A stretch of DNA of 32,000 nt from an uncultured archaeon (lineage in GTDB: Archaea > Iainarchaeota > Iainarchaeia > Iainarchaeales > CSSED10-239), in assembly GCA_964496765.1 (NCBI GenBank), contig CAZCAP010000002.1, positions 66,376-98,375 on the forward strand, read 5' to 3'. The notes beneath the pieces are model-generated. The model saw nothing but the letters and a program-made list of their open reading frames with translations, did not search any database and was not told the origin of the DNA. The translations under genes were made by a program, and so were the position numbers. The first letter of the stretch is position 1. Every line of letters starts with the position of its first letter. Positions 1 through 9,504 of this stretch are shown piece after piece.

Positions 1-299
1 TGCTTATTTAATTGTTTTATATATTTATCTAGTTTTATACTACTATCCTTTAATTTCTTACTTAATTCTAGCTTATATTGCCCTAATCTTATAATTGTTA
101 TGTTTGTTTCCTGTACGTGTTGCTTTATCCATCTTTTTTTAGACTGTATTTCATTTTTTGTGGTTGTTGCATCTATGTTTTTTTCTTCAAATAATTTTTC
201 TGTTTTTGCTTTTATACTATTAACCTTTCTATTAAAATTATTTCCCCCTAATTTAAATCTTATCGCTTTTAATGCTATAAATCCACCTTTTCTTAATAA

Positions 300-1160
300 T
301 TATATATTGTCCAACGGGTTTTTAATTTCTTTTAATTTATTAGTGTTTACTTTTGTGTATATTTGTGTAGTATTAAGATTAGCATGTCCTAATAATTGTT
401 GTATATATCTTATGTTTACATCATTTTCTAAAAGCGCGGTTGCAAACGAGTGCCTTAGCTTGTGTGGACTAACCGCTTTATTAATTCCTGCTTTTTTTGC
501 AGATATTTTTAAAAATTTTTGAACCGTATCTGGAGATAATGTGGATCCCTCTTGATTACAAAATAAGTATTCTGATTTTTGTTTTTTCTCTCTTTCTTCT
601 AAATATTTTTTATAATCAACAACCCAATTTTTAGATAGTATTATTATTCTATCTTTATTTCCTTTACCAGAAACCACTTTTCCTGTATGCTCATTAAAAT
701 CAAGATCACTTATTTTCATATTTATACATTCTGATATTCTAACTCCTGTTGAAAACATAAATTCTATAATTAGTTTATTTCTTTGGCTGCTTGTTGCATT
801 AATTAGATCTTTGATTTCCTTTGGGGTTAGGGTAATTGGTATTTTATTTGATTTTTTAGGGAGCTTTATATTTAGCTCAAGTGGAGTCCTTAGAAATTCA
901 GAATAAAAATGTTTAAGTGCAGATAATATTAGGTTAAGGGTAGCAGAACTAACTCCTTTTTTTGATTTAAGTTGTGATAAAAAATTAACAACATCATCTG
1001 ATTTAACCTCTCTTAGATCTTTTTCAATGTATTTTTGAAATATTCCTAGATACATAGAATACGTTTTTATTGTTTGCTCACTAAATCCCTCTATGTTTAA
1101 TTCATTTTTGAATTTCGTTATTAATTCTTCGTTTTTAGTATTTACTTCCATAAATTTCAA
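300..1160 (-). CDS. xerA: Tyrosine recombinase, XerA/XerC/XerD family
   Basis: 286 aa with N-terminal SAM-like core-binding domain and catalytic motifs TGVRISE...HKLRHSFATALLENDVNIRYIQQLLGHANLNTTQIYTKV (R..HxxR..H..Y). C-terminus typical of archaeal Xer. Confidence 0.95.
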   Translation of the reverse strand: MKFMEVNTKNEELITKFKNELNIEGFSEQTIKTYSMYLGIFQKYIEKDLREVKSDDVVNFLSQLKSKKGVSSATLNLILSALKHFYSEFLRTPLELNIKLPKKSNKIPITLTPKEIKDLINATSSQRNKLIIEFMFSTGVRISECINMKISDLDFNEHTGKVVSGKGNKDRIIILSKNWVVDYKKYLEEREKKQKSEYLFCNQEGSTLSPDTVQKFLKISAKKAGINKAVSPHKLRHSFATALLENDVNIRYIQQLLGHANLNTTQIYTKVNTNKLKEIKNPLDNI

Positions 1161-1165
1161 CTCTT

Positions 1166-2074
1166 TTATTTTTTGTTGTCCAACAAATATAACAACTTAT
1201 TGCTTGCTATGTATTTTGGGTTGATTTTTCTGTTTTTTCCAATAAACCCGGTATACTTTTTTGGAATTTTAATATTTTTTGTTTTTAATTTTTCAATGTT
1301 GTTAACAATCGTTTTATTATTTGACTTTTTTATTCTTTCAAGTATATAGTCATCTGTTTTATTAAAATCATCTTCCTCAATTAATTTTAATTTTATTGCT
1401 TTTTTAAGTACTTTAACGAACATCATATAGTTTATCATGTGTTTTATTCCACCCCAATGATTCTCTGCAAAATACTTATAAACACCATAAAATTCTTTAG
1501 CACTCTTTTTATTTTTGAAAACAATTTCCCCATCAACAACTGTCAGGTTCTTATATAATGTTGTAACCTTTTTTTTATCTTTTTTAAAAAATAAGAGTTC
1601 TCTTAGTGTGTAATCAATCCTATCAGCACAAAGGTCTGGTAGATTGTTTTCCAATAAAGTAAATCCCTTAAAGTCTGTTATATCTTTTATTTTATATTTA
1701 TATTTCTTTAATATCTTCATAATCTCTTTATTTTTTTTAATGTATTTTTCAAAAACATCATCCCCATGGGATTCATTATTATTGTTAATGTAATAATCAT
1801 AAACATGTGAAAAAGCTGTGTGAGATATATCATGTAATAATCCAGCAATTTGTTCCTTTATTGGAGCGCCTAACCTATCCAATAACACCATCACCCCTAT
1901 ACTATGATCATATCTCATGAATTCTACTCCATAATGCCATTCCTTAGGTAATCCTTGTTGTCTTATACCCTTAAGTCTCTGAACAGCTGGCGTTTTAATT
2001 AAATCAATAAGTACTTTTTCTTTAATCTTATGTTTTCCGTATACTGCATCTATTATTTCCATATAATCAACCAA
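1166..2074 (-). CDS. HD domain phosphohydrolase (dGTPase/SAMHD-like superfamily)
   Basis: 302 aa; RYDHSIGV...GLLHDISHTAFSHV gives H...HD and downstream LCADRIDYTLRE motif typical of HD phosphohydrolases. Confidence 0.85.
   Translation of the reverse strand: MVDYMEIIDAVYGKHKIKEKVLIDLIKTPAVQRLKGIRQQGLPKEWHYGVEFMRYDHSIGVMVLLDRLGAPIKEQIAGLLHDISHTAFSHVYDYYINNNNESHGDDVFEKYIKKNKEIMKILKKYKYKIKDITDFKGFTLLENNLPDLCADRIDYTLRELLFFKKDKKKVTTLYKNLTVVDGEIVFKNKKSAKEFYGVYKYFAENHWGGIKHMINYMMFVKVLKKAIKLKLIEEDDFNKTDDYILERIKKSNNKTIVNNIEKLKTKNIKIPKKYTGFIGKNRKINPKYIASNKLLYLLDNKK
1177..1194 (-). repeat. Dispersed 18-mer TGTTATATTTGTTGGACA, copy 1 (exact)
   Basis: + strand TGTCCAACAAATATAACA; within the 3' end of the HD-domain gene. 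Confidence 0.9.
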
Positions 2075-2192
2075 ATTATTAAACCAATAATATTATGCCG
2101 AATTAATAATATAAACCTAACGCTTGTATATTTCTTAGTTTACTGGTCCATTTTCAGGTATTTAATACAAAAATAAAACCAAGGGGAGAAGG

Positions 2193-2202
2193 TATAAAAA
2201 GG
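2193..2202 (+). promoter_or_regulatory. Candidate archaeal TATA/BRE element for the cobO-nrdJ-dut cluster
   Basis: ggtataaaaagg about 55 bp upstream of the ATG at 2255, in a divergent intergenic region. Confidence 0.4.
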
Positions 2203-2254
2203 CAACCACCTATTAATCTATAACCTTTTAATTTTTTGATTTTTTTGATTAGTT

Positions 2255-2758
2255 ATGTTTACAATATACACTGGTAACGGAAAAGGTAAAACTACAGCTA
2301 GTTTGGGGTTATTAATTAGAGCTAAGGGGGCTGGATTTAACTGTTATTTAGTTAAATTCCTAAAAAAGCAAGAAAATAGTGAAAACAGTATACTATCTAA
2401 ACTTGGAATCCCATACAAAATGTTTGGATCAAACAAATTTATTATTGATAAACCAACAAAAATAGATAAAGAAGAGGCCTCAAAAGCAATTATGTACGTG
2501 CAAAAACTAATAGATACAAAAAAAATTGATTTATTAGTTCTTGATGAAATTAATCTTCTTATTTATTATAAGTTGTTTTCAATTAGGAAAATAAAGCAAA
2601 TAATTAGTGTATGTGAAGAAAAAGAAATAGAATTAGTTTTCACTGGGAGATATGCAAGCAAAGACATTATTGAGATTGCAGATCTTGTCTCTGAAATAAA
2701 AGAAATAAAACATTATTACAATACAGGAATTAAAGCTAGAAAAGGAATTGAATATTAA
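2255..2758 (+). CDS. cobO: Cob(I)alamin adenosyltransferase, CobA/CobO/BtuR P-loop type
   Basis: MFTIYTGNGKGKTTASLGLLIRAKGAG... family-characteristic P-loop; D-x-N motif (VLDEINLLIYY); adjacent to a B12-dependent reductase. Confidence 0.88.
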   Translation: MFTIYTGNGKGKTTASLGLLIRAKGAGFNCYLVKFLKKQENSENSILSKLGIPYKMFGSNKFIIDKPTKIDKEEASKAIMYVQKLIDTKKIDLLVLDEINLLIYYKLFSIRKIKQIISVCEEKEIELVFTGRYASKDIIEIADLVSEIKEIKHYYNTGIKARKGIEY

Positions 2759-2782
2759 TAAAATACATAAAAGGTAATTATC

Positions 2783-5374
2783 ATGCTCACACAAATAAAA
2801 AAAATAACTAAGGTTAAGAAAAGAACTGGAGAGACAGTAGATTTTAATAAAGATAAAATTAAACTCGCAATCTCGAAAGCAATGCTCGCAACAGACTCAC
2901 ACAACGAGCTTGTTCTTGAGTCTATTGTTGATAAAATTGTGTTAGTTCTTGAATCTAAGTTTATAAATAAGATACCTTCTGTTGAGGATGTGCAGGATAT
3001 TATCGAATATGTTTTAATTGCAAGCGAGCTTTCAACGGTTGCAAAAGCTTATATTTTATATCGTGAAGAAAGAAGAAAAGCAAGAGATAGTCAAGAAAAA
3101 ATAATTGATTGTGATTTTGTTAAAGCTCTGAAAGAAAAGGGTGTGGATTTAAGTAAGCAGGCAGTAAATGTTTTAAATAACTCCACTCAATTCGTTGATC
3201 TAGGATTAATTATATTTTTAGATAGGTATTCCCTTAAAACAAAAAGAGAAGATATTAAAGAAGGGGATTTAATTATTTGTATAACCAAGGATGATTTCAA
3301 ATATCCAAAGAAAGATATTGGTATTGTAAAAAGAATAGTTGATCATAATCTAATTTTACACATGATTACTGGATTGTATGCTGATGAAGCAAATAATTTT
3401 GAATTTACCCTAGAATTAAGTAAATGTGAAAAGCCATCAGAAGCAGTAAATGACACTTATAAAAGAGTTGCAAAAGCGGTCGCTTCTGTTGAAAAAGATG
3501 AAACTAACAAAACAAAGTGGTTTGAGGAATTCTATACCCACCTAAAGTATGGATATATATCTCCTGGTGGGAGAATACTAACAGGTGCAAGTGTTGATGA
3601 ACTTGGATATACATCTAATCTAACTTTATACAACTGCTTTGTAATTCCATCCCCTAAAGATTCCAGAAAATCAATCATCCAGGAATCAGCATATCACATG
3701 GTTGAAATATTTTCAAGGGGTGGTGGTGTTGGGATGTCCCTATCAACATTAAGACCAGCCTATGCTTACGTAATGGGTGTGCATGGAAGATCATCTGGTT
3801 CTGTTTCATGGGGTGGTTTATTTTCATTTATTACTTCTTTAATTGAACAAGGAGGTTCAAGAAGAGGGGCTCTAATGTTAATGCTTGATGATTGGCATCC
3901 TGATATTTATAATTTTATTGATTCTAAAACAAAAACAGGAATTTTAGAGCATGCAAATATATCTGTTAAGGTTTCTGATTCATTTATGGAGGCTGTTAAA
4001 AATAATGAAAATTGGAATTTAGAGTTTCCAGATTATGAGAACCCAACCTATAAAGATATATACAATGAAGAATGGGACGGGGATTTAAAAGCCTGGAAAG
4101 AGAAAGGCTATCCTGTAAAGGTTTATGGAACTGTTAAAGCAAAAGACATGTGGTTAAAAATAATAACTTCTGCTTGGAAAAGTGCAGAACCAGGAATTGT
4201 TTTCATGGAAAGATACAATAAATTAAGTAACAGTTATTATTATAATAAAATTGTTGCAACAAATCCCTGTGGAGAACAGGGACTTCCACCATGGGGGGTG
4301 TGTAACCTTGGGCACCTATATCTTGCATCTTTTACAGATAAAATTGGTGTTGATGAAATTGGTCCAGTTCATGAACTTAATTGGGATAAACTTAAAAAAT
4401 CCGCAAGAGTATTAACTAGATTTTTAGATGATGTAATTGACTTAACACCTTATTTCTTTGAAGAAAATGAAAGATTGCAAAAAGCAGAAAGAAGAATTGG
4501 TGGTGGGACTTTAGGACTTGCTGAATTATTGATTAAACTGAGAGTGAAATATGGAACACCAGAGAGTTTAAAGCTAATTGAAAAAATATATGAAACAATA
4601 ACAAGCGAGATGTATTTAACTTCTGCTTTGTTAGCAGAAGAAAAGGGTTTCTTTCCAAAATTTGATAAAGAAAAATATTTAAATGGAAGATTTGTTAGAG
4701 AACTCCCAAAAGAAGTTTTAGACAAGATTAGAGAAAAAGGTATGAGGAACGTAAGTTTAACAACCCAGGCGCCAACAGGCTCAACAGGGACAATGCTCGG
4801 AACATCAACAGGAATTGAACCCTACTTTGCATTTCAATTTTATAGGCAATCCAGACTTGGATTCCATAAAGTGAATACTCCTTTAGCTCAGGATTATGAA
4901 AAAAATGGAGTTCTTCCTGATTTCTTTGTATCTGCAATGGATTTAAGTCCAGATGATCACATAAAAGTCCAAGCAGCAATACAGAAATGGACAGATTCAT
5001 CAATAAGCAAAACCGCAAATGTTCCTGCTGATTTCACTATTGAACAAACTGGAGAATTATATATTAAAGCCTATGAACTTGGATGTAAGGGTGTAACCAT
5101 TTATAGAGACTCATCTAGAGATGAACAAGTTCTTTCAATGGATGAAAATCAAGGAAAAAAGAATGAAGAATCAACAATAAAAAAAAGAGATGAAAAAAAT
5201 AAAAAAAATAATCTAAGAGAAAAAGAACAAGCTCCAAATGAAAATGTAACCTATGGAGTAGATTCTGGAAATACCTGTCCAAATTGTAGGAAAGGTATAA
5301 TGATTAAACTTGGTGGATGCACAGAGTGTTCGCAAGGGTGTGGGTTTAAGGGTGCCTGTGATCTTAAAACATAA
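2783..5374 (+). CDS. nrdJ: Adenosylcobalamin-dependent (class II) ribonucleoside-diphosphate reductase
   Basis: 863 aa; N-terminal ATP-cone, NPCGEQGLPPWGVCNLG, APTGSTGTMLGTSTGIEPYFAFQFYRQ, and C-terminal CPNC...CTECSQGCGFKGAC cysteine cluster. Confidence 0.95.
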   Translation: MLTQIKKITKVKKRTGETVDFNKDKIKLAISKAMLATDSHNELVLESIVDKIVLVLESKFINKIPSVEDVQDIIEYVLIASELSTVAKAYILYREERRKARDSQEKIIDCDFVKALKEKGVDLSKQAVNVLNNSTQFVDLGLIIFLDRYSLKTKREDIKEGDLIICITKDDFKYPKKDIGIVKRIVDHNLILHMITGLYADEANNFEFTLELSKCEKPSEAVNDTYKRVAKAVASVEKDETNKTKWFEEFYTHLKYGYISPGGRILTGASVDELGYTSNLTLYNCFVIPSPKDSRKSIIQESAYHMVEIFSRGGGVGMSLSTLRPAYAYVMGVHGRSSGSVSWGGLFSFITSLIEQGGSRRGALMLMLDDWHPDIYNFIDSKTKTGILEHANISVKVSDSFMEAVKNNENWNLEFPDYENPTYKDIYNEEWDGDLKAWKEKGYPVKVYGTVKAKDMWLKIITSAWKSAEPGIVFMERYNKLSNSYYYNKIVATNPCGEQGLPPWGVCNLGHLYLASFTDKIGVDEIGPVHELNWDKLKKSARVLTRFLDDVIDLTPYFFEENERLQKAERRIGGGTLGLAELLIKLRVKYGTPESLKLIEKIYETITSEMYLTSALLAEEKGFFPKFDKEKYLNGRFVRELPKEVLDKIREKGMRNVSLTTQAPTGSTGTMLGTSTGIEPYFAFQFYRQSRLGFHKVNTPLAQDYEKNGVLPDFFVSAMDLSPDDHIKVQAAIQKWTDSSISKTANVPADFTIEQTGELYIKAYELGCKGVTIYRDSSRDEQVLSMDENQGKKNEESTIKKRDEKNKKNNLREKEQAPNENVTYGVDSGNTCPNCRKGIMIKLGGCTECSQGCGFKGACDLKT

Positions 5375-5395
5375 TAAAATGTAATTTGATAAAAT

Positions 5396-5833
5396 ATGAT
5401 TAAAGTAAAAAGATTAACAGAAAGTGCAAGACTTCCAGAAAAAGCACATGAAACAGATGCTGGGTTTGATTTATTTTCAGATGTTGACCTAGTTATTCCT
5501 CCAAAATCTAGAGGAACAGTATCTACGGGAATCACAATGGTACTTCCAGAGATACCCTATCCAATTTTTAATACTTATTTGAGAATTGCTCCTAGAAGTG
5601 GATTATCCGCAAAGAAAGGAATAGATGTTTTTGCAGGAGTAATTGATTTAGAATATAGAGGAGAACTATTAGTTTGCCTTTTCAATTCCAGTGATGAAGT
5701 GTTTGAAATAAAGAAGGGAGATAAAATTGCTCAAATAATCCCAACAATTATTTTAAATGATAAAATTCAAGAAGTAGAAGAGATAGATGACACAGAGAGG
5801 GGAGCAAAAGGTTTTGGCTCTTCTGGTCAATAA
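5396..5833 (+). CDS. dut: dUTP diphosphatase
   Basis: 145 aa; AGFDLFSD, RIAPRSGLS, GVIDLEYRG, KKGDKIAQIIP, RGAKGFGSSG, the five trimeric dUTPase motifs. Confidence 0.95.
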   Translation: MIKVKRLTESARLPEKAHETDAGFDLFSDVDLVIPPKSRGTVSTGITMVLPEIPYPIFNTYLRIAPRSGLSAKKGIDVFAGVIDLEYRGELLVCLFNSSDEVFEIKKGDKIAQIIPTIILNDKIQEVEEIDDTERGAKGFGSSGQ

Positions 5834-5840
5834 CCTTTCT

Positions 5841-5858
5841 TGTTATATTTCTTGGACA
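5841..5858 (+). repeat. Dispersed 18-mer, variant copy (one mismatch: TGTTATATTTcTTGGACA)
   Basis: Intergenic, 8 nt after the dut stop. Confidence 0.75.
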
Positions 5859-5974
5859 CTTTCTTTCTATTTTTATTTATTTAGCTTAAATAAACCTCTT
5901 TTTAAGTTTAATTTCTCCTATATTATATACAGATACTAAAATCTAATTATTAATATAAATGAGGTGTATGAATT

Positions 5975-6676
5975 ATGGAAAGAGTTCCAACAGGAGTAAA
6001 AGGTTTTGATGAATTAATCCAGGGAGGTATTCCAAAAGGTGGTACCGTTCTTGTATCAGGAGGAACTGGTTCAGGTAAAACTATTTTTGCAACAACTTTT
6101 ATTTATGAGGGTGCAAGAAAATACGGAGAACCAGGTTTAATAGTTACAGTTGAAGATAATCTAAAAAACTTTGTATGGAATATGGAAAACTTTGGATGGG
6201 ATATTAAATCTCTAGAAGAAAAAAATCTAATGAAAATATACAGAATGCACATTGATCCAAGAAAACCAGTGGAACCACAAATAGATAAGGAACTAGATAT
6301 AATCACATCAATGGTTAAAGATTTAGGGGCAGTTAGGCTCGCTGTTGATTCAACAACCGCTTTTGGTGCTTGGATGTCAGACATTGGAAAACTAAGAAAT
6401 CTTTTGTTTAGGTTTTCAGATACTCTAAAAGATTTAAATTGTACAACTGTTCTCACTGCAGAAACAAACGGTCAGGATTTTTCTGCCTATGGTGTTGAAG
6501 AATTCGTTGTTGATGGAATTTTTATGATGTATTTTATTCCTCCAAACAGATCAATGTTTGTTAGAAAACTAAGAGGAACAAGACACTCATTAACAGTTCA
6601 TCCTTGTCAGATAACATCCACAGGAGTAGAAATAAATCCAAAAGATGAAATCATGTGGAGTGCAATCAAGCAATAG
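5975..6676 (+). CDS. KaiC/RadA-like RecA-superfamily ATPase
   Basis: RVPTGVKGFDELIQGGIPKGGTVLVSGGTGSGKTIFATTFIYEGA, a typical KaiC-domain start with Walker A. RBS gaggtg upstream of ATG. Confidence 0.9.
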   Translation: MERVPTGVKGFDELIQGGIPKGGTVLVSGGTGSGKTIFATTFIYEGARKYGEPGLIVTVEDNLKNFVWNMENFGWDIKSLEEKNLMKIYRMHIDPRKPVEPQIDKELDIITSMVKDLGAVRLAVDSTTAFGAWMSDIGKLRNLLFRFSDTLKDLNCTTVLTAETNGQDFSAYGVEEFVVDGIFMMYFIPPNRSMFVRKLRGTRHSLTVHPCQITSTGVEINPKDEIMWSAIKQ

Positions 6677-6822
6677 TAAATTTTTTTGATTATCTTTTGC
6701 TCAAGAGATATATTTATAAATGTGTAGTTCATAATTTATTTATTAATATAAAAATTAAAGGTGAAAATAATGATAATTATACAGTTACAGTTAATGCTAC
6801 TGCAAATTGTTTAGATTTTAAT

Positions 6823-7107
6823 ATGGATAAACCAACAGGGGTTGGGAAAAAAATTACTTTTGCTGGAATTAATGCCACAGGAAATGCAAAAAGTGTTTTA
6901 AATAATGTCGAAAACACTATAGTTATAACTAGTAGTGATTCTGAACCATTACAAGACCCTGGTACTGATGCGGCTGGGTTCGGGTTTTGCTGTAGTGGTG
7001 CAACTGCTGGCGGTGGATGGCTAGAATGTTCCGCTGTAAATTGTGTTCCTGATTGTGTTAATATTTGTGCGGGATGGGTAAGTACAAAGACTTATAACCC
7101 ACAATAA
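6823..7107 (+). CDS. Hypothetical Cys-rich, Thr/Asn/Gly-rich protein or fragment (start uncertain; possible frameshift)
   Basis: Open frame 6655-7107 has protein-like composition from about 6770 onward, but the RBS-associated ATG at 6770 is in a different frame. First in-frame Met after the promoter-like sequence is 6823. Confidence 0.4.
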   Translation: MDKPTGVGKKITFAGINATGNAKSVLNNVENTIVITSSDSEPLQDPGTDAAGFGFCCSGATAGGGWLECSAVNCVPDCVNICAGWVSTKTYNPQ

Positions 7108-7116
7108 ATAATTAGT

Positions 7117-9318
7117 TTAAGCAATTCCCTTATCTTCTTGGGTTTTGCTTTTCTTATTATTTCCTTTTTTTTCTTTTTCTATTTCCATAATCTTATCAAT
7201 CGCACTATTGAAATCTTCTTTTGTTATTCTTATCTCTGATTTATCTTTTTTGTGTTCTTCAATAATAGCTCTTCTTATTGCCATCATTCCTGCTTCTCTT
7301 GCAATTGCTTCAATATCAGCACCACTAGTTCCTTCTGTTTTTTTTGCAAGCTCTTTAGGTGTTATCTTATTATCTATTTTCATGGTCTTTAAATAAACTT
7401 CAAATATTTTTTCCCTTGATTGAATATTAGGAAGAGGAACATACATTTTAATATCAAATCTTCCTGGTCTTAGGAATGCCTGATCAATTATATCAGCTCT
7501 GTTCGTTGCACCAATAATAACAATATCTTTGAGATTAGATATTCCATCCATTTCTGTTAATATTTGAGCAACCACGTTATTCTGAACACCACTTGACATG
7601 TCATTGCTTGTTCTTGTGCTTGTTATTGCATCAATCTCATCAAAAAAGATGATTGATGGAGCAAGTTGTCTTGCTTTCTTAAACAATTCTCTTATTTTCT
7701 TTTCAGATTCTCCAACCCATTTATTAAAGATCTCTGGACCCTTAACAGAAATAAAGTTCGCATTTGATTCTGTTGCAACTGCTTTTGCTAGAAGTGTTTT
7801 TCCTGTTCCTGGAGGTCCATAAAGAAGAATTCCTTTTGGAGCATCAATTCCAATATCTTTAAATAAATCTTTGTGCTTTAGTGGCCATTCAATCATTTCC
7901 TTTAATTGTTGCTTTTGTTCTTCTAGTCCACCTATGTCATTCCAAGAAACATTAGGTATTTGAACAATCACTTCTCTAATTGCACTTGGTTCAACAACAT
8001 TTAATGCATCTAAAAAATCAGTGTGTGTTATAACAAGCTCATCAAGAAGTTCTCTTGATAGGTGTTTGCTTGACTCTTTACTTATTTTTGGCATTAATCT
8101 TTTAATTGCTTTTAGTGCAGCTTCCTTACAAAGCGCATTAAGGTCAGCACCAGAAAAGCCATTAGTTAATTCAACAATTTCATTTAGGTTTACGTTTACA
8201 AGTGGCATACCTCTAATGTGTACTTGTAATATTTCTGTTCTCCCGATCCTATCAGGTATACTTATTTCAAGTTCCCTATCAAACCTTCCAGGTCTTCTTA
8301 GAGCGGGATCAACTGCTTCTGGTATGTTTGTTGCTCCAATCACAACCACATCCCCACGATTAGACATTCCATCCATTAGTGTAAGAAGCTGAGCAACAAT
8401 TCTTTTTTCTGTCTCTCCATGTATGTTCTCTCTTCTAGGTGCAATCGCATCAATTTCATCAATAAAAATAATTGCTGGTGCCTTTTCTTCTGCTTCCTTA
8501 AATATGTTTCTTAAATTTTCTTCGGATTTCCCATAAACCCCAGAAACAATTTCTGGTCCATTAATTGTTGTGAAGTAGGCATCAGTTTCTCCTGCAACTG
8601 CTTTTGCTAGAAGTGTTTTTCCTGTTCCTGGTGGGCCATAGAGAAGAACACCTTTAGGTGGGGATATTCCGAGTTTTTTAAATATTTCTGGTCTTTTTAT
8701 TGGTAGTTCAACCATTTCTCTAATTGCTTCTATTTCTTTTCTAAGACCACCAATATCATCATAGGTTATGCTTATCTTATGTGCTTGCTCTGGTTCTTCT
8801 GAAACAACTAGTTTTGTATCATCTGTTATTCTTACTGCTCCTTTAGGAATTGTTTTAGTTACAATTAATTGCAGATCTCTGTATCCATCAGCAGTGAGAA
8901 TAGGTAATCCTGGTATCTTAATCATATTATTTTCAATAATATTTTGATTAACTATTTTGTCTTTAATATACCCAATAATGTCTGAACTTAATTTTATTTT
9001 TTTATCTTTATCAATAACTGGTGCTAGGTTAACTGTGTTTGCTCCTGTACAAATCACTTTTTCAATGTAAACATCCTCATCAATTCCTGCACCTATATTG
9101 TATCTAATTAGGCCATCAATTCTTATTGTATTTAACCCAGTATCTTCCACATTTCCTTTGATTGCATAAACAATTGCTGATTTTATTCCATCTATCTTTA
9201 GAGTATCCCCTGCAGATAGCTTAAGCTTATCAAAAACAATTGGATCAATTTTAGCTATTCCTTTTCCTACATCTTTAATATCGTTTTCCTTAACAGTAAG
9301 AATTATTTTTTCTGGCAT
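7117..9318 (-). CDS. cdc48: CDC48/VCP-like AAA+ ATPase, two AAA domains
   Basis: 733 aa; N-domain followed by two Walker A ([15 protein letters not shown]) and Walker B ([20 protein letters not shown]) modules. Confidence 0.96.
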   Translation of the reverse strand: MPEKIILTVKENDIKDVGKGIAKIDPIVFDKLKLSAGDTLKIDGIKSAIVYAIKGNVEDTGLNTIRIDGLIRYNIGAGIDEDVYIEKVICTGANTVNLAPVIDKDKKIKLSSDIIGYIKDKIVNQNIIENNMIKIPGLPILTADGYRDLQLIVTKTIPKGAVRITDDTKLVVSEEPEQAHKISITYDDIGGLRKEIEAIREMVELPIKRPEIFKKLGISPPKGVLLYGPPGTGKTLLAKAVAGETDAYFTTINGPEIVSGVYGKSEENLRNIFKEAEEKAPAIIFIDEIDAIAPRRENIHGETEKRIVAQLLTLMDGMSNRGDVVVIGATNIPEAVDPALRRPGRFDRELEISIPDRIGRTEILQVHIRGMPLVNVNLNEIVELTNGFSGADLNALCKEAALKAIKRLMPKISKESSKHLSRELLDELVITHTDFLDALNVVEPSAIREVIVQIPNVSWNDIGGLEEQKQQLKEMIEWPLKHKDLFKDIGIDAPKGILLYGPPGTGKTLLAKAVATESNANFISVKGPEIFNKWVGESEKKIRELFKKARQLAPSIIFFDEIDAITSTRTSNDMSSGVQNNVVAQILTEMDGISNLKDIVIIGATNRADIIDQAFLRPGRFDIKMYVPLPNIQSREKIFEVYLKTMKIDNKITPKELAKKTEGTSGADIEAIAREAGMMAIRRAIIEEHKKDKSEIRITKEDFNSAIDKIMEIEKEKKGNNKKSKTQEDKGIA

Positions 9319-9355
9319 AATTGGTTTCTCTTTTTTTAAATTTCTATATTTTTAG

Positions 9356-9373
9356 TGTCCAACAAATATAACA
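9356..9373 (-). repeat. Dispersed 18-mer TGTTATATTTGTTGGACA, copy 2 (exact)
   Basis: Intergenic, about 40 bp upstream of the cdc48 start codon. Confidence 0.9.
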
Positions 9374-9396
9374 AAAAACACTTTATTATATTTTTG

Positions 9397-9413
9397 TTAT
9401 CCTAATAGGATAA
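9397..9413. promoter_or_regulatory. Perfect 8+1+8 inverted repeat TTATCCTA-A-TAGGATAA, candidate operator upstream of cdc48
   Basis: Sequence symmetry; sits next to the TATA-like aaaaatataata (minus strand) in the topA-cdc48 intergenic region. Confidence 0.5.
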
Positions 9414-9504
9414 GGAGGCACAGGATTAAAAGGTTTTTGGAAAAAGCTTATAAAATTTTCATAAAATATAACTAGTTTATTACTAAAAGTGAGTATTTGT
9501 ATAG

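Noticed and set aside
293-320. Possible further copy of the 18-mer (CCGTTGGACAATAT on the minus strand at the xerA end)
   Set aside because: Only the GTTGGACA half matches; the TGTTATATTT half is absent.
100-522. Plus-strand ORF of 140 aa
   Set aside because: Hydrophobic and Phe/Cys-rich, antisense to the 3' end of the well-supported xerA and a long minus-strand open frame; likely an antisense artefact of AT-rich DNA.
4450-5535. Minus-strand ORFs at 4450-4725, 4728-5018 and 5251-5535
   Set aside because: Fully or mostly antisense to nrdJ/dut, with no recognisable domains.
7145-8392. Plus-strand ORFs at 7145, 7598 and 8021
   Set aside because: Antisense to cdc48; Ser/Phe-rich translations with no domain features.
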